From Camelus ferus (Eukaryota), in the NCBI RefSeq assembly GCF_009834535.1, contig NC_045697.1, forward strand, positions 78,556,001 to 78,620,000: a stretch of DNA of 64,000 bases, read 5' to 3'. A program made the position numbers and the translations under genes. Positions within the stretch are counted from its first letter, which is position 1, and every line of letters starts with the position of its first letter. The notes below the pieces were generated by a model. That model had not been told where the DNA came from and did no database searches. It saw nothing but the letters and a program-made list of their open reading frames with translations. Shown piece by piece: positions 12,358 through 24,559 of this stretch.

Positions 12358-13869
12358 GTGTTGTTGATGTTTTTTGGGTTTTGTTTTTTTTCCCCAAGAG
12401 CAAGTCATATACAATAGCAGAAATAAATTCTCACTTTCTTTTCTTTGAAGTCTTTACCCCCCAGGGGAACATATAACCCACTAAGATTGAACTAACGCTC
12501 TCAACCATTAGAGAACTTGGTTTATGTACAACAGAGATGCCGTCTTCCTCTCCTTACATTTGTCAATCTCCTGTTTCTACTTTTCATCCATGATTCATTA
12601 TTCCACAACTCTGCACTAAAAAGAAAAAAAAATTAGAAAAATCTGATGTCAAAGACTGTAAGGTCAGTCAAAACTTGAAAAAGCTGAAATCCTATTCTTT
12701 AAAGCTTCCAACAATACTTTCATATTGCTAGTCAATAAATTTTTAATTTTCATGTAATCCTACCTAGTTTCAGTGAACTTTTTTATATCATCAAGTTGTT
12801 TATAGTCTCTGACAGATTTTCCTTTAGTTTTCTCTTTCCATATCAAAGAACCACAGATTCTTGTTGTATACTGAGAATGGCAAATCATTAAAAAAAAAAA
12901 AAAAAAAGATATTCCTACATTTCTTGTGTCATTTCCTTTTGTGAGGTTTATTCCTTCTCTGAGTCTTCCAGTTGGTCATGCCTCATTTTTGTCATAGTGT
13001 ATTACTTCTTTTTTACTTACTCTAAAACTAGGAGAAATCTCATTAATGAAATGAGCCCAATCCTCAGGAAATATCAAATCTACATACACTTAAATGTATT
13101 AGTCAATAAAGTATGGAATCTTCAGTCTCCCTTCATTCTCTGTGCACATGTTTAGTATTTTTAGGTCTAAAACTGGAAGTTAAACAGAAACATACAACTC
13201 CTATCCCAAATCTGGCCTTGCTAGGCATGTAGCTTGTGAAGTTATGGTGTCCTGAGATGAGAGTTTCTCTCAACTTGCTTCCTAAAACTCAGGCTGACAA
13301 TAGACCCTTGGTATTCTATCTTACTTCCCACCTGGAGAAAGTTTACTCACAGAGAACACGCTAACAGCACTACCAGGGGTGTGTGGGGTTGAGGGTTAAG
13401 GGAAGAGAGGAACAGAGGCACCGGGCAGTACAAGGTGCCTCTGAGTTTTCAAATTTGTTTAGAGCCTACTTGTTTGGAAATAGGGAATAAATAGCGAGTG
13501 ATAAATATTTTCATTCACTTTCAGATCATGAGGCTTGTTTTCATCCTGCAGTGCATCATGATGGGTGTTTTTTTCAGTTCTGTTCTATTAGCTCTGCTGT
13601 TAGTGGAAATTCCTCCCAGATTCTGGCACTAGAATAATATTTGGCGCTAATTTTCAGTGTCATTTTGAGTTCACAAGTTTTGGTGCTTCTTAAGCATTAC
13701 AGTGGGAATTGAAAAGATTACCTCAAAGGAATACTATCGTCCCAAAGTAGAATCCACCCTGTAGTTAATTTTTGTTAGGTATATCTTTAATCAGATGGAT
13801 GAATCGTTTTAATCTTCTAAATTGTGGCAATGGAAACAATCTCAATTCAATTTAACTTAATTCAATTCT

Positions 13870-14395
13870 GTTTATGTGGTAATTACTGAATTTCTATTAT
13901 TGGAGACTGAATCCCAAATCGACACAAGTGAAAAAGGAAATATATTCCCTCACAGAACAGAAAAGTTTATGAACAGAATTGTCTTTACATATAGATACTT
14001 CATAAGTTTAAACAATATGTTCAGTTCTTAGGCATTTTCCATTCCCCAATCTCTCAGATCTACTTTCCTGTATTGATTTCAAGCAAAAAGTTTTGAGCGG
14101 CTTTCAAAAACTCTAAACTTAAGTTCTTCCAGTTAAGAACTTCTAATAAGTTCTTCTAGACCACAACAGATAAAGAATTTTTACCTCTCATATTATTGGC
14201 CACTTTAGGTCATCTGTCCATCTATGAGGCAATCCCTGTGTTCTAGGCTATGTGGAAATTTAATTGACCAGATCTGAGTCAATCAGGCATCTGAACTGGA
14301 GACCAAATACTGAGCCAGCCACACCCAAAACGCATAGAGTTTGGCTATGGAGATAACACTGGAAAGGAAAATCGAAGTGGGGTTTCTCAGAAACA
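13870..14395 (-). mobile_element. Old MaLR LTR (MLT1J/K-like)
   Basis: ATTGGCCACTTTAGGTCATCTGTCCATC...ATTGACCAGATCTGAGTCA...GGAAAATCGAAGTGGGGTT; a similar LTR end recurs at about 15090-15200. Confidence 0.55.
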
Positions 14396-15439
14396 CAATT
14401 TTCCAAGTGTTTGTGGGTTTTCTATTTGCATTCATCCAATTCCATAAACTAGTAACTGAGCCAGAGATCTTGCATTATCATAAGCCTGGAATCTAGATCC
14501 CAGCAGTGTGAGGGTCTCAGTGTCTAAGGTCTCAGTGCTTCTCGCTTGTCCCTGGCCTGAGAGCAATGCACAAACACAGTACGCAGCGTGGTGGCAATCA
14601 ATCTGCCCCTTTACGCCAGGCTACATTTCTACTATGGCTCTTTACAATGGTGCCAATGGTTTCCATTGACTGGAAGGGGAAACAATAAGCAGTAGGGAAA
14701 TCTGGGGAGGCTTTCTCCAGGTCCCAGCACAATTTCACACTTTCCCGTTCATCTTTCTCCCTTTGTTGAAATTAACTATAGCCTAGGACTCATATTTTAA
14801 TTTTCCCATCATCCAAGGATCACTATTTTTAAGTTCTAAGCCATACATTTTTGCTTTCTCACAGAGAGAAGGAGCCTCCAAAATTTTCTACTATGTCCCT
14901 AAACTCTAACTTTGGTTGTCATATTTTCTGTGTTCCACTATAAGACATTACCACTCAACAGAAGTTTTGCTACCACATAACCAAAATTGCAGACTTTCCA
15001 GCCTAGAATAGAGTGACCATCACTTCTCCCTGCTATATATGTCAGCTCAATGTATTCCACATTACACGCCTCCTTGTCTTATCATCCCATGAACTGACAG
15101 TAAGGGGAAATTAGTTCCCCAAAGCCAAAAAACCTGAAATACTGTTACTTGAAGAAGATGACTACACTCTCAAAGAATAAAAATGATAGATTTCTAATTA
15201 TTAGAAGAGTAGGCCTAACAGAGAAAACAGAGCCAAGATTACCAGGAAGACAGAGTTCCCTGTTCTATGTCTACTCATGAGACATCTCTCATCACTTCTG
15301 TGCACTGAGACTCAGAACTGACTACAAAGTCCAAGGAACAAAAGGCAAAAGACATGGCAGAAGGATGAGAAAACGTCATCCCAGGCACTGAGAAAGATGG
15401 ATGCCAAAATTCGACGTGTGTATGTATACATGAGTGACT

Positions 15440-15810
15440 TGAAAGCCCAGGCATACTCAGGAAAAATGAACAGGTTTAAGTTTGCTTGAAACATGCGATA
15501 TCAAGTGGTAGAAGAATTGAAAAGCAGCTGGAAAAGTAGGTAGTCATTATACTGTGAAGGATGTTTGATTCCCAAGTGAGATTTTTTTCCCCTAATTTCG
15601 TGGAAAACAGAAAACCTTTGGAAGTTTGTGAGTGGGGGACTTAATATGATCATAATTGTGCTTAGATGACTAGCAATGGCCTGTGAAATAGATTGAAGCT
15701 GGAGGAAACAGAGTGAAAAAACTCATACATATGCCATTACAATCGTTCAAGTGATAAACAATGAGAGACAAACCTAACGAGATGGGAAGGAAGAGAGAAG
15801 GAAAGGTGCA
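15440..15810 (-). mobile_element. L2 LINE fragment
   Basis: Purine-rich antisense L2 pattern (GAAAACCTTTGGAAGTTTGTGAG...ATGATCATAATTGTGCTTAG...GCCATTACAATCGTTCAAGTGA). Confidence 0.6.
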
Positions 15811-16334
15811 AGGTAAAGTTTATGAACTTTCCCTGTTGTCCAGAAGCCGCTGGCTTCCTTCTTCCCTCTCTTCCCTTCCTCCTTCCTTCCTTTCTTCATC
15901 TTGTCTCCCTTTCTTTTTATTCTAATTCTCTTGACTATAATTAAACTGATGGCAATTTCACTTTCGTCAATGTAAATGAAGATGTTGTGATTTGTTCAGA
16001 CAGCCTGCCGTTGTCTGAAACTATGTGTCCAACAGGGTCCCCAAATTCCAAGAAACATAAAGAATTCTCTAGGACCACAATATTTAATACTGAGCAAATT
16101 ATTTCATTTTTTTCTGTTTTGTCTTAAAAAAAATGAAGCTAACATACGAGCTCATCCTTCAACATTTTACAACTTGGGAATACTCTATACACCTAAATAG
16201 CTTTTGGTATAAAATAACACTCTAGATCACTGGCCAAAATATGTCAAACTTATACCCACTGTGAAATGTGTATTCTTCAATCTTATTTTTTATTTTGAAT
16301 AATTATTTTACATGTTCTAGAAACTGTTCTAGAT

Positions 16335-16720
16335 ACTTTATTTTAAAATTTTGTGACACAGAATTTAAAATTTATACAATGTTAGAAAAATAATAAAAGG
16401 GAACTCCTATAGACCCATCACCTAGCTCTAATAATACCCTAGCAAATATGTTTTTATATGTAGATTTCCTACCTTTTTTATCATCCCTTATTTTTAAACA
16501 AGCAGATATCCTTTCACTTTTGCCTTAGCAACAATAAATAAAAATGTATATAATTTTCTCCCATTTATTGTATTTGAAATGTTCCTCATAGAAGGTGTAT
16601 TAAATGTGATGTTTATCTTATTTATTGGTAAGTTACTGTTAATTCTTTCAAAACAGTCATATATGTTTAATAGTTTCACTAGTATAAAAGCAGTCTGGAA
16701 TATTTCCTTCAATTACTCAC
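16335..16720 (-). mobile_element. L1MC/L1ME 3' end fragment
   Basis: AATTTAAAATTTATACAATGTTAGAAAAATAATAAAAGGGAACTCCTATAGACCCATCACCTAG. Confidence 0.5.
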
Positions 16721-16869
16721 CTGCAGTGATTCAGACTATTACAGTATTTGGGGAAATTAGACAATCTTGTCCCTTTAGAGAGTTATAATTGCATCAGGAG
16801 CAAATTACTTGGACAAATGTCTATGGCATTATCCAGTAAATTATAATCTGCTTATTTAATAAATTATTT

Positions 16870-17080
16870 ATCCAGAGAGTAGAGCCTCACATGAGCCAAC
16901 AGTCAAGAATTCTGTGTGACCGCCCTTTATGCTGTGACTTGCTTTATGAATTGGAAAAATCAGTTAACCTCCTGGTGCTTCAGTTCAGTCATCTATGAAC
17001 TGAGAAGAGTAACATTTGCCACCTAACTCACCAGTATTTTATGAAGGTTAATGAGCTTCAGAGTTTATAAAGTGCCTTTT
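16870..17080 (+). mobile_element. MIR SINE
   Basis: AAATCAGTTAACCTCCTGGTGCTTCAGTTCAGTCATCTATGAACTGAGAAG (MIR core). Confidence 0.7.
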
Positions 17081-17898
17081 CTTCTTGGATTGAAAGTCTC
17101 TTGAAGAGTACTAAATATCACTGCTATATTTTTTCTTACAGATTCAGTAAATTATCCTTTAAAAGACCCATGATATTATAAAATATGTGGTGAGATACTT
17201 TTAGGAGCGTTGTCTCACATTTATCGTGTTATCCGAAGGGTAAGAAACGTTTCAGCATCACTGCTGCCGAACTGGATTCACATGACTCATATTATTAGTG
17301 TCTGAAACTTCTGTACGTTCTGTAGTGTCTTCTTCATGTACGTTAGAGTTTTTCCAACTTAAATCATCTTAGTTCTAATCAATTTGTCAAAACTCTATCA
17401 CCTCTTGACATAGTTTTATGAGTTGAACATTAAAAAGAAAAAAACGTTCTCCACTGAATAAATGTGACTGTCCTTTAATGCCACATTGAATGAATAATGC
17501 TTAGGTCGTGACATAAACCCACAAAAGTAAGATGATTTGATAGAATGGAAAAATCTGTCCTGTTACCCTGCATTTTCTGAAACTGTTTTGCCAAAGTTCT
17601 GCTTGAGATAAAGAACATTTTTAATAGCCCGAATTTGGTAGGATCCTGGATTTTAGATGCAATGCTGCAAATCCAATGTTTCATGGATTTAATTTAATTT
17701 AATTTTAAAATTTGAGTGAGAAAAAAATCACGTAATTTTCATGCTGTTAAAGTTTATCTTGAAATTTTAGAAAGGTGTCAATGTACAAGCTATTTAATCA
17801 ACATTTCTTAAATCATAGTTAATCATTTTACTTTAAAGACTAAATAACTCCTATTACTCTTCATATTAGGACAATACGTATATGTAAAAACACACATA

Positions 17899-17987
17899 TT
17901 TGGTTTTAAATATCTTTATAATACTTTTAGGCAGCAGAAAGCAAGGTTCATAATACCATCATATGTATAACTTAGAGACGTTTTATT
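17899..17987 (+). repeat. 89-bp dispersed direct repeat, copy 1
   Basis: Ungapped match to 18981-19069, 11 mismatches by hand count. Confidence 0.9.
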
Positions 17988-18980
17988 TTCCTCCTTTATT
18001 TCAGAAGCATAATAAAAGAACTAAAAGAGAAAAATAAAAGATATGTGATGCTCTATTTATTTCTTTTTTAATAGGAGAAGGAAACTATACAAAAAACATG
18101 CTCATGTTTTTTCCTAACTATGGAAATCAGAGAAATTATCTATTATATTTTTAGTCTAAAATAAATACAAGTGTAAGATGACATCATCTAAAAGTACAAA
18201 ATAACTTTAGGAGTTTTGGGGCATAACTCATCCAAAAACTGTCACTGGTGGGGAACTCATTTCTTTGATCTCCCAAAATCAAAGTCACAAAGGTAAAACT
18301 GAGAGATTTTGAAGATCATCACCCACTATAGTCAACATATTCTTCTTTGCTCTTTCCTAAAGCCGCAAACATCTTCCCAGGTGGCAGCCTGACTAAACCC
18401 CACGTCTATACACACACAGGCCACTTAACTTGAACAGCCACACGCGTTTTCTTGTTCCTGCAAGAAAAGAAGCTGCAAAGAGTCTGTCTCTTTAAAAACT
18501 CCATGTATTATAACCATGAATAGAGAGCCAGATAGCCAAAAGAGTTTAAACAGGCATCCTTAATTTAGAACATGTCTTTTCTAAAATGCAGAATTTATGT
18601 TTAATTTTCTTTCTCCTCTTAAGGAAATACAATGCTGTGGTTTCCATGTGCCAATTCTCATGGCTGGCTTTGAGCAAGTCTTCACAAGTTCAGGACAAAA
18701 TGAGAAAAATAAGACAAGATTTTTATGTATGTGGTGGTAAAGTTGTCAACTATTCTGTCTTGTGAACATAACACAAGAATCTATCATAGTTCTTTTTTTT
18801 TTTTGTAATAAAGTGACTCTTTTATAAAATAGTGGTGATATGGGACAGATTTTTAAAAAAATAATAATGTCCTTACTTGACAAAATAAGTTAGCAAACTT
18901 ACATTGCTCCTGATCCTTCCCCAGTCCCACTTTTTAAAAAGAGAATGTCCTGACCTCTGAAATCCAAAAGTCTAAGACTC

Positions 18981-19069
18981 TTTGTTTCTAAATATCTTTA
19001 CAATACTTTCAGGCAGGAGAAAGCAAGGTTCATAATATCATTACATGTATAACTTAGAGGAATTTTATT
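18981..19069 (+). repeat. 89-bp dispersed direct repeat, copy 2
   Basis: Ungapped match to 17899-17987 at an offset of 1082 bp. Confidence 0.9.
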
Positions 19070-20451
19070 GTTATCTAGAAGTTATTAATATGAAAAATAA
19101 TAAATGGTATTTTATTATCTGTAATATTTCTGAAGAGAATTTTTTAATGAACAAATTTGGAAGGTGATAATGTAAATTTGGTGCCTCTTTTTTGGTAAGT
19201 GAATTATGATTGCTTTTATCATATTTAACCTGTGATAGAGATGACAAGTTTCTTTAAAAAATACATAAGATAAAAAAGATTATTTGGGGCCAATATACAA
19301 ATACTATGTTGTAAATTAATCAGAAATTACTCCCAATACAGCAAACCAACCCAGACAGTCCATCAGTGTCATCTTACTTTCAGTCAAGAAGCCCAAATTG
19401 AAGACTGTACAATAGTTGACTAGAATTTCGTCACCCAACCTCAAGATGCTCTTTTTGGAATGCAACGTTTCCAAATGAGGCTTACCAGGTTTTACTGACA
19501 ATTCCATTTTTGGTAAAGACAGAGAAATTTCTGTGGCTTATAGAAAAAAATTTGCATACCTTCTAGACCCTTAACAAATACCTATTAGAATTTGAGCAAC
19601 TCTCTAATTTTGTTGTAGGTCCTGCTTTCAAGGGTTTTTCAGATTTCTTTGTTAGTAAGTCACCATGCATCCTATGAAACCTTGTGCAGCAGTATTAATA
19701 TTTTCATAGGAAAAAGAACCCTCTGCAAGTTGTCACAGTTTTCTGCATAAGTACTATGTTGACCATCGTTTGCTCAGAGGCGTTGTTAAGGTCCACCACG
19801 AAGCAGATAAAGCAGAGTCCTTTTTGGTCTCTGAATGACAGTTTTATGAGGCCACATTTTTTGAAATTTGTAATAAGTCTATGGGTTTGTTTTCCCCTGT
19901 GTATGTAAAGAAAGCTTGGTTACATTGTGGAATCTTTGCTGGGACTAACGTTATCTGCATATTTTTGGTCTCTGCAGACCAAAAATGTTAGTGCTGGAAA
20001 ATTCCTGGACAGTGGTTTTAGAGGTACATGGCTATAAAAGAGAAGTATTTCCTTCTTTTTACTGCTTGACTTAGCAAAATAAACTCATTTTAGTTTTATA
20101 AAATGCAGGCAAGAAGTCAATTGTAAAGGGCCCTTATTTTTACTTTAAACAATTTAATCTTTTGCCTTTACATAACCTTTTAGTATTATCTTTTAATAAA
20201 GAGAATAGGCTACATAATGGTACTTTTGGCATTGCAAAGAGGCTTTGAAAATATCATTTTAAACCCAATATATATTGCATGCTAAGTACATGGACAGGAA
20301 GTTTGGTTTAGAGAATAATTATATCGGGCTACCAATCAGAAGGCTGAAAGTGCTGGTCCTCATTCTTTCAATGACATCATTGCTTTCCCAAGTTTATTGT
20401 GCTATCCTGCCATTTCTCACCTGTGAACGGGGGCCACTTAGAAATAAGATA

Positions 20452-20525
20452 GAGGAGGGGAGAGAAGGAGGGAGGGAAAGAGTGGAGTTGCAGGGGAGAG
20501 AGAGAGAGAGAGAGAGGAATAGAGA
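20452..20525. repeat. Polypurine / (GA)n tract
   Basis: Read directly. Confidence 0.8.
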
Positions 20526-21408
20526 TGTTTTACAATATTATGTAACAGCACATTTCACATTTTCCCTAGTGTTTAGTAATGTACAAATTCACTGGGAGGT
20601 CTGATCTCAAAATAATAACCAAATACGAAAGAAATGGGCATATGAAGTAAATCTGTGCTTATGTAATGTCCTTATGATAAGACTGAAAAAAATATTAACC
20701 TATGAGAAAATATTCTTTTCATCTAGAGAGTTCATGGTATGTTTTTCTTTTTAGGTCAGTCAGTTTAATTTCAATTTGTATATTTAGTGGAGGAGAAACA
20801 TTTTTTGGTGAGGAATAAATCAATTCCATCAAGGCATTGGCATCAGGTACTTAACAGTCAAATGAGCTGGTTTTCAGACACAAACACAAGGTCATTTAGC
20901 TATCTTGTCTTCTAAAATATTTGACTCACGTGACTTGGTTTCCATGCAGAGGGGACTAGTGGAGCCGTATCTTTCTCACACAGGCTTTCTGACTAATTTG
21001 ACTCAGTGAGCTTTGCCTCCACATTTTGGTGAGAATCTTTGTTCTATTTTGACTTTATTGATAAAACAGTTAAGGGAAAAAAACTTATTTCCAATGTAAA
21101 GTTTCAAGAAAGAAACTTTTCTCTCTCTCTTCTCAAGGTACACTAGTAGGATACTGCCCAAAGATAAGTAAAATCCTGTTTAGCCCAAGATCTAGAATGT
21201 TCTGGAAATTTCAGGAGTTGTACCTTCTGTGGTAGACTCTCAAGCACATTTGGGACGACTACACTACCCCAGACCCATGTTCAAGGAAAAGATGCAATTG
21301 ATAGGAGACTTGAAGGTCCTCAGCTGATTTTATTCTTTGTCTTCTTATCATAAATCAAAAAATAAAAAGTTAAAGTTTGATAACACATACTGGTCTGTGA
21401 TTACTGGG

Positions 21409-21855
21409 TGTATTTCTTTGTTAAAACTGCCACAGCAAAGTCCCACAAACTGAGTGGCTTGAACAATCAAATTTTATTGTCTCAAAACCCTGGGGGTAGA
21501 AGTTTGAGATCAAAGTGTTGGCAGGGTTAGTTTTTTCTGAGGGAAGGAGAATCTGTTCTATGTCCCTCTCCCAGCTTTTGGTGGCTTGCTGGCAATCCTT
21601 AGTGTTCCTCAGTTTGTAGACACATCGCTCCATCTCTGCTTTCATGTTTGCAAGATGTTCTCCTTGTGTGCATATCTGTGTCCAAATTCCTCCTTTTTAT
21701 TTAGGACACAATCATATGGGACTATCCCCCCCTCTAATGACTTCATCTTAACTTGATCATCAGCAAAAACCCTATTTCCAAATAAGGTCACCTTCACTAG
21801 AACTGTGTGTTATGACTTCAGCATCTTTTGGGGGGACCCAATTCAAGCTTTAACA
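21409..21855 (-). mobile_element. Complete MLT1C-like MaLR solo LTR with 5-bp TSD
   Basis: TG...CA termini with CTGGG duplicated at 21404-21408 and 21856-21860; hallmark MLT1 motifs CCACAAACTGAGTGGCTTGAACAA and CCCTATTTCCAAATAAGGTCAC. Confidence 0.92.
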
Positions 21856-24040
21856 CTGGGTCTGCCCAGTTTGATATTTGCATTTCAATTCTGTTAATCT
21901 CTAAGAAGTTGACACAGATTAGAAACTGAAATTTTCCTGTAAGAATTGTATTATATAAAAAAGAGGTGGACATAAAGAGAGGCTCAAGAAAACCTCTAAA
22001 ATAAAATCAACTTAGTTTTGAATATTCACCTCTTTTTAGATTAAATACATGCCTTTGAAATATATCCCTATTGTCATCATTTAGTTCTTACCCTTCTTAC
22101 CTAATGAGTCTTTCTAGCAACACATAATCCAAATTTTCAACAGCTAAATTTTGGTGGTTTCTCAATCTGATCCCTTTTAATAATCAAAGATATCCTATAC
22201 AATCAGTGTTTCTCTACTAGACTTATGTATACATTCATAAGGACAAATGCAGAGCAGAGAAATGCCTCAATGTAAATAACACATTAGATACTTGGTTCTT
22301 AGATAAACAGGCCATGACTGTACTGAATCCACTGGTTTTCTTTCCAATCACACTTTGCCAAATCAACCGATTTCTCCACTATTGATTGAATCAGCTTTGC
22401 AGACAATCTGATTTTGTCATTAAGACAGCTGAAAACACCAGATTGACTCTTTTTGATCTGTTTCATATAAACACAATTACTGTCAGAGTGTTCTCAAATC
22501 CTCCCTCTGACTACAGAACAAATGGAACTTTATTTTTTTTTCACATTTTACTAACAGCAAAAAATGAAGTGGACTCTCCAATCGATTTGCTTAATAGTAG
22601 TAAAAGTTTGTCAACAATTTTAGAAATTAAAGCCTAAAAGACCTCAAGAGAGTCTAACTTGACTGTGTCTGGAACTAAATTGATTTAGAATTAATGAGAT
22701 AATGTCTGGAAAATACAATCAGTTTCTTTAAAAAAAAAAAAAAAAACAAAACAGCAACATTGCCTTTGGCATAAAACAATACAGGAATATACGTGACCCA
22801 TGTGTTGCCTCCAGTTTTCAGTCTACCAGAGTGGTGAATAGGGTGTTCTTGTTCTATTGTGTTTACATTTATTCAGTTAAAGTATAGCTCTGAGTGAAGA
22901 CCACTGACAGTACTGGGTCCTTATTAGCACCTTCCCTTGCTCTCCAAGTGTCCTGCAAATATCTCATTACTCTTCAAAACTATCCAGGCAAGAAACCATA
23001 CATCTCGTCTCAAAAACAATTCTTGAAAACAAGAATTTCTCTCCTCCAATAAGATGGTATACTATACGTATATGAATTAAAATTCTCCCTCTAGTTTTTA
23101 TTTTGGAGATCTAGTCAGTGAGCGAGTAATTAAAAAACCATCTAAACAAGCCAGGAAGCAACCGCATGTCAAGAAGGTATTTATGGACGACTCTCCAACA
23201 TGTTTGTTTTACAAATTAACACTAAACCTTCAAATAATAATAGCTTGGTGTGATTCTCTGTGAAGCACACATGAAGCTCTAACTGTTGAACCGCATTAAG
23301 GGCTCCTTTTTTATTTACCTAATGATATGTTTATCTTATTAGCACAGTAAAAATATTAGTAGCCATCCAGAAATAGAGCTCCGATAAAAGGCAACTTCAT
23401 TTCGGAGTCAGTAACCTATGTTAATACCATTTGGTCAAGATCCTGCAACAGCTGTTAGAATTTCAACCCCTACAGGTCAGAGAAAGAAGATAGGAAAATC
23501 CTTAATAAAATGTTGTTAGAAGCTACAGGTGGGAAATAAAGAAGCTCTTGTGACCTATAATCTTATTCCCTCATAAAGTCACCAGGAGAGCACAGCAGCT
23601 TCTGCAGCTGAAATTAGACAACATACTAGTGGCCTTTCAATCTCAACTTTTACAGCTCGATGTTATCATTGTCAGTGAAGAACAAATGAAGGATACAGCA
23701 GCTCTGCCCAAGATGTTCTCTCCAGGTTCAATCAGCCCACTCAACCACATGAGTAACTCTGCCTTAACAGTATTTATTCCCGTTTGTAAACAATGTGGGC
23801 GTCTTGCTGGTCTGTTCATAAACAAACATCAGATTCTCAACGTGTTCTACTCGGGATTTATTATCTTTCTTGCACCAAGTACATCTGAAGATAATAATTT
23901 CCTTTTAAATATTTAATACTAAGTCAGATCAACTTAATAATGGTAGTTGACATGAGATCATAAAATCTACCCTAGGGATCAGCCCCCGTGGAGTGCTAAG
24001 TCCATCCGATATATGGTCCCACCACACTGGCACTTTATGC

Positions 24041-24066
24041 AAAAAAAAAAAAAAAAAAAAAAAAAA
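24041..24066. repeat. Poly-A tract (26 nt)
   Basis: Read directly. Confidence 0.95.
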
Positions 24067-24559
24067 AGCCTAAAATTAGGCCACAGGCAAGGGCCTGACC
24101 AAATAAGAGTCCTGGTTATATTTGTGCTCCTTTAGCCGATGCCTCTGTGAGCTCCGGCCCAAAGAGTGGCAGGCCTTCACTTTGCCCTGCCTTTACAGCC
24201 ATTGGTAACGGCAGAAATCTGTACCTGCCCACTGCGTGTAACTGGATCTTGAGGGATGACTAACTTGTTGCTTCATTTTGCTTAGAAGGGTGTGTGACTT
24301 GTATTTCCCTTTGGCCCCAAAGGGAAAAAGACTGCTTGCTAGGAGGTCGCCATTGACACAGTGTTCCTTTCTTTTATAAAACTCATGTTCTTCCTCTTTG
24401 ATTCGGGAAGAATATTTAGCAGAACGTATAATAATAGGGCTGAAAAGAAAAAAAAAATGTTCCTGTGGGAACACCAAGAAAACGGTAGAGAGCAACTTTC
24501 TATATTTTATTTTTCTCCCCATTTATAGGAAGCATCTCTCTAGTTACTACATCACATCA

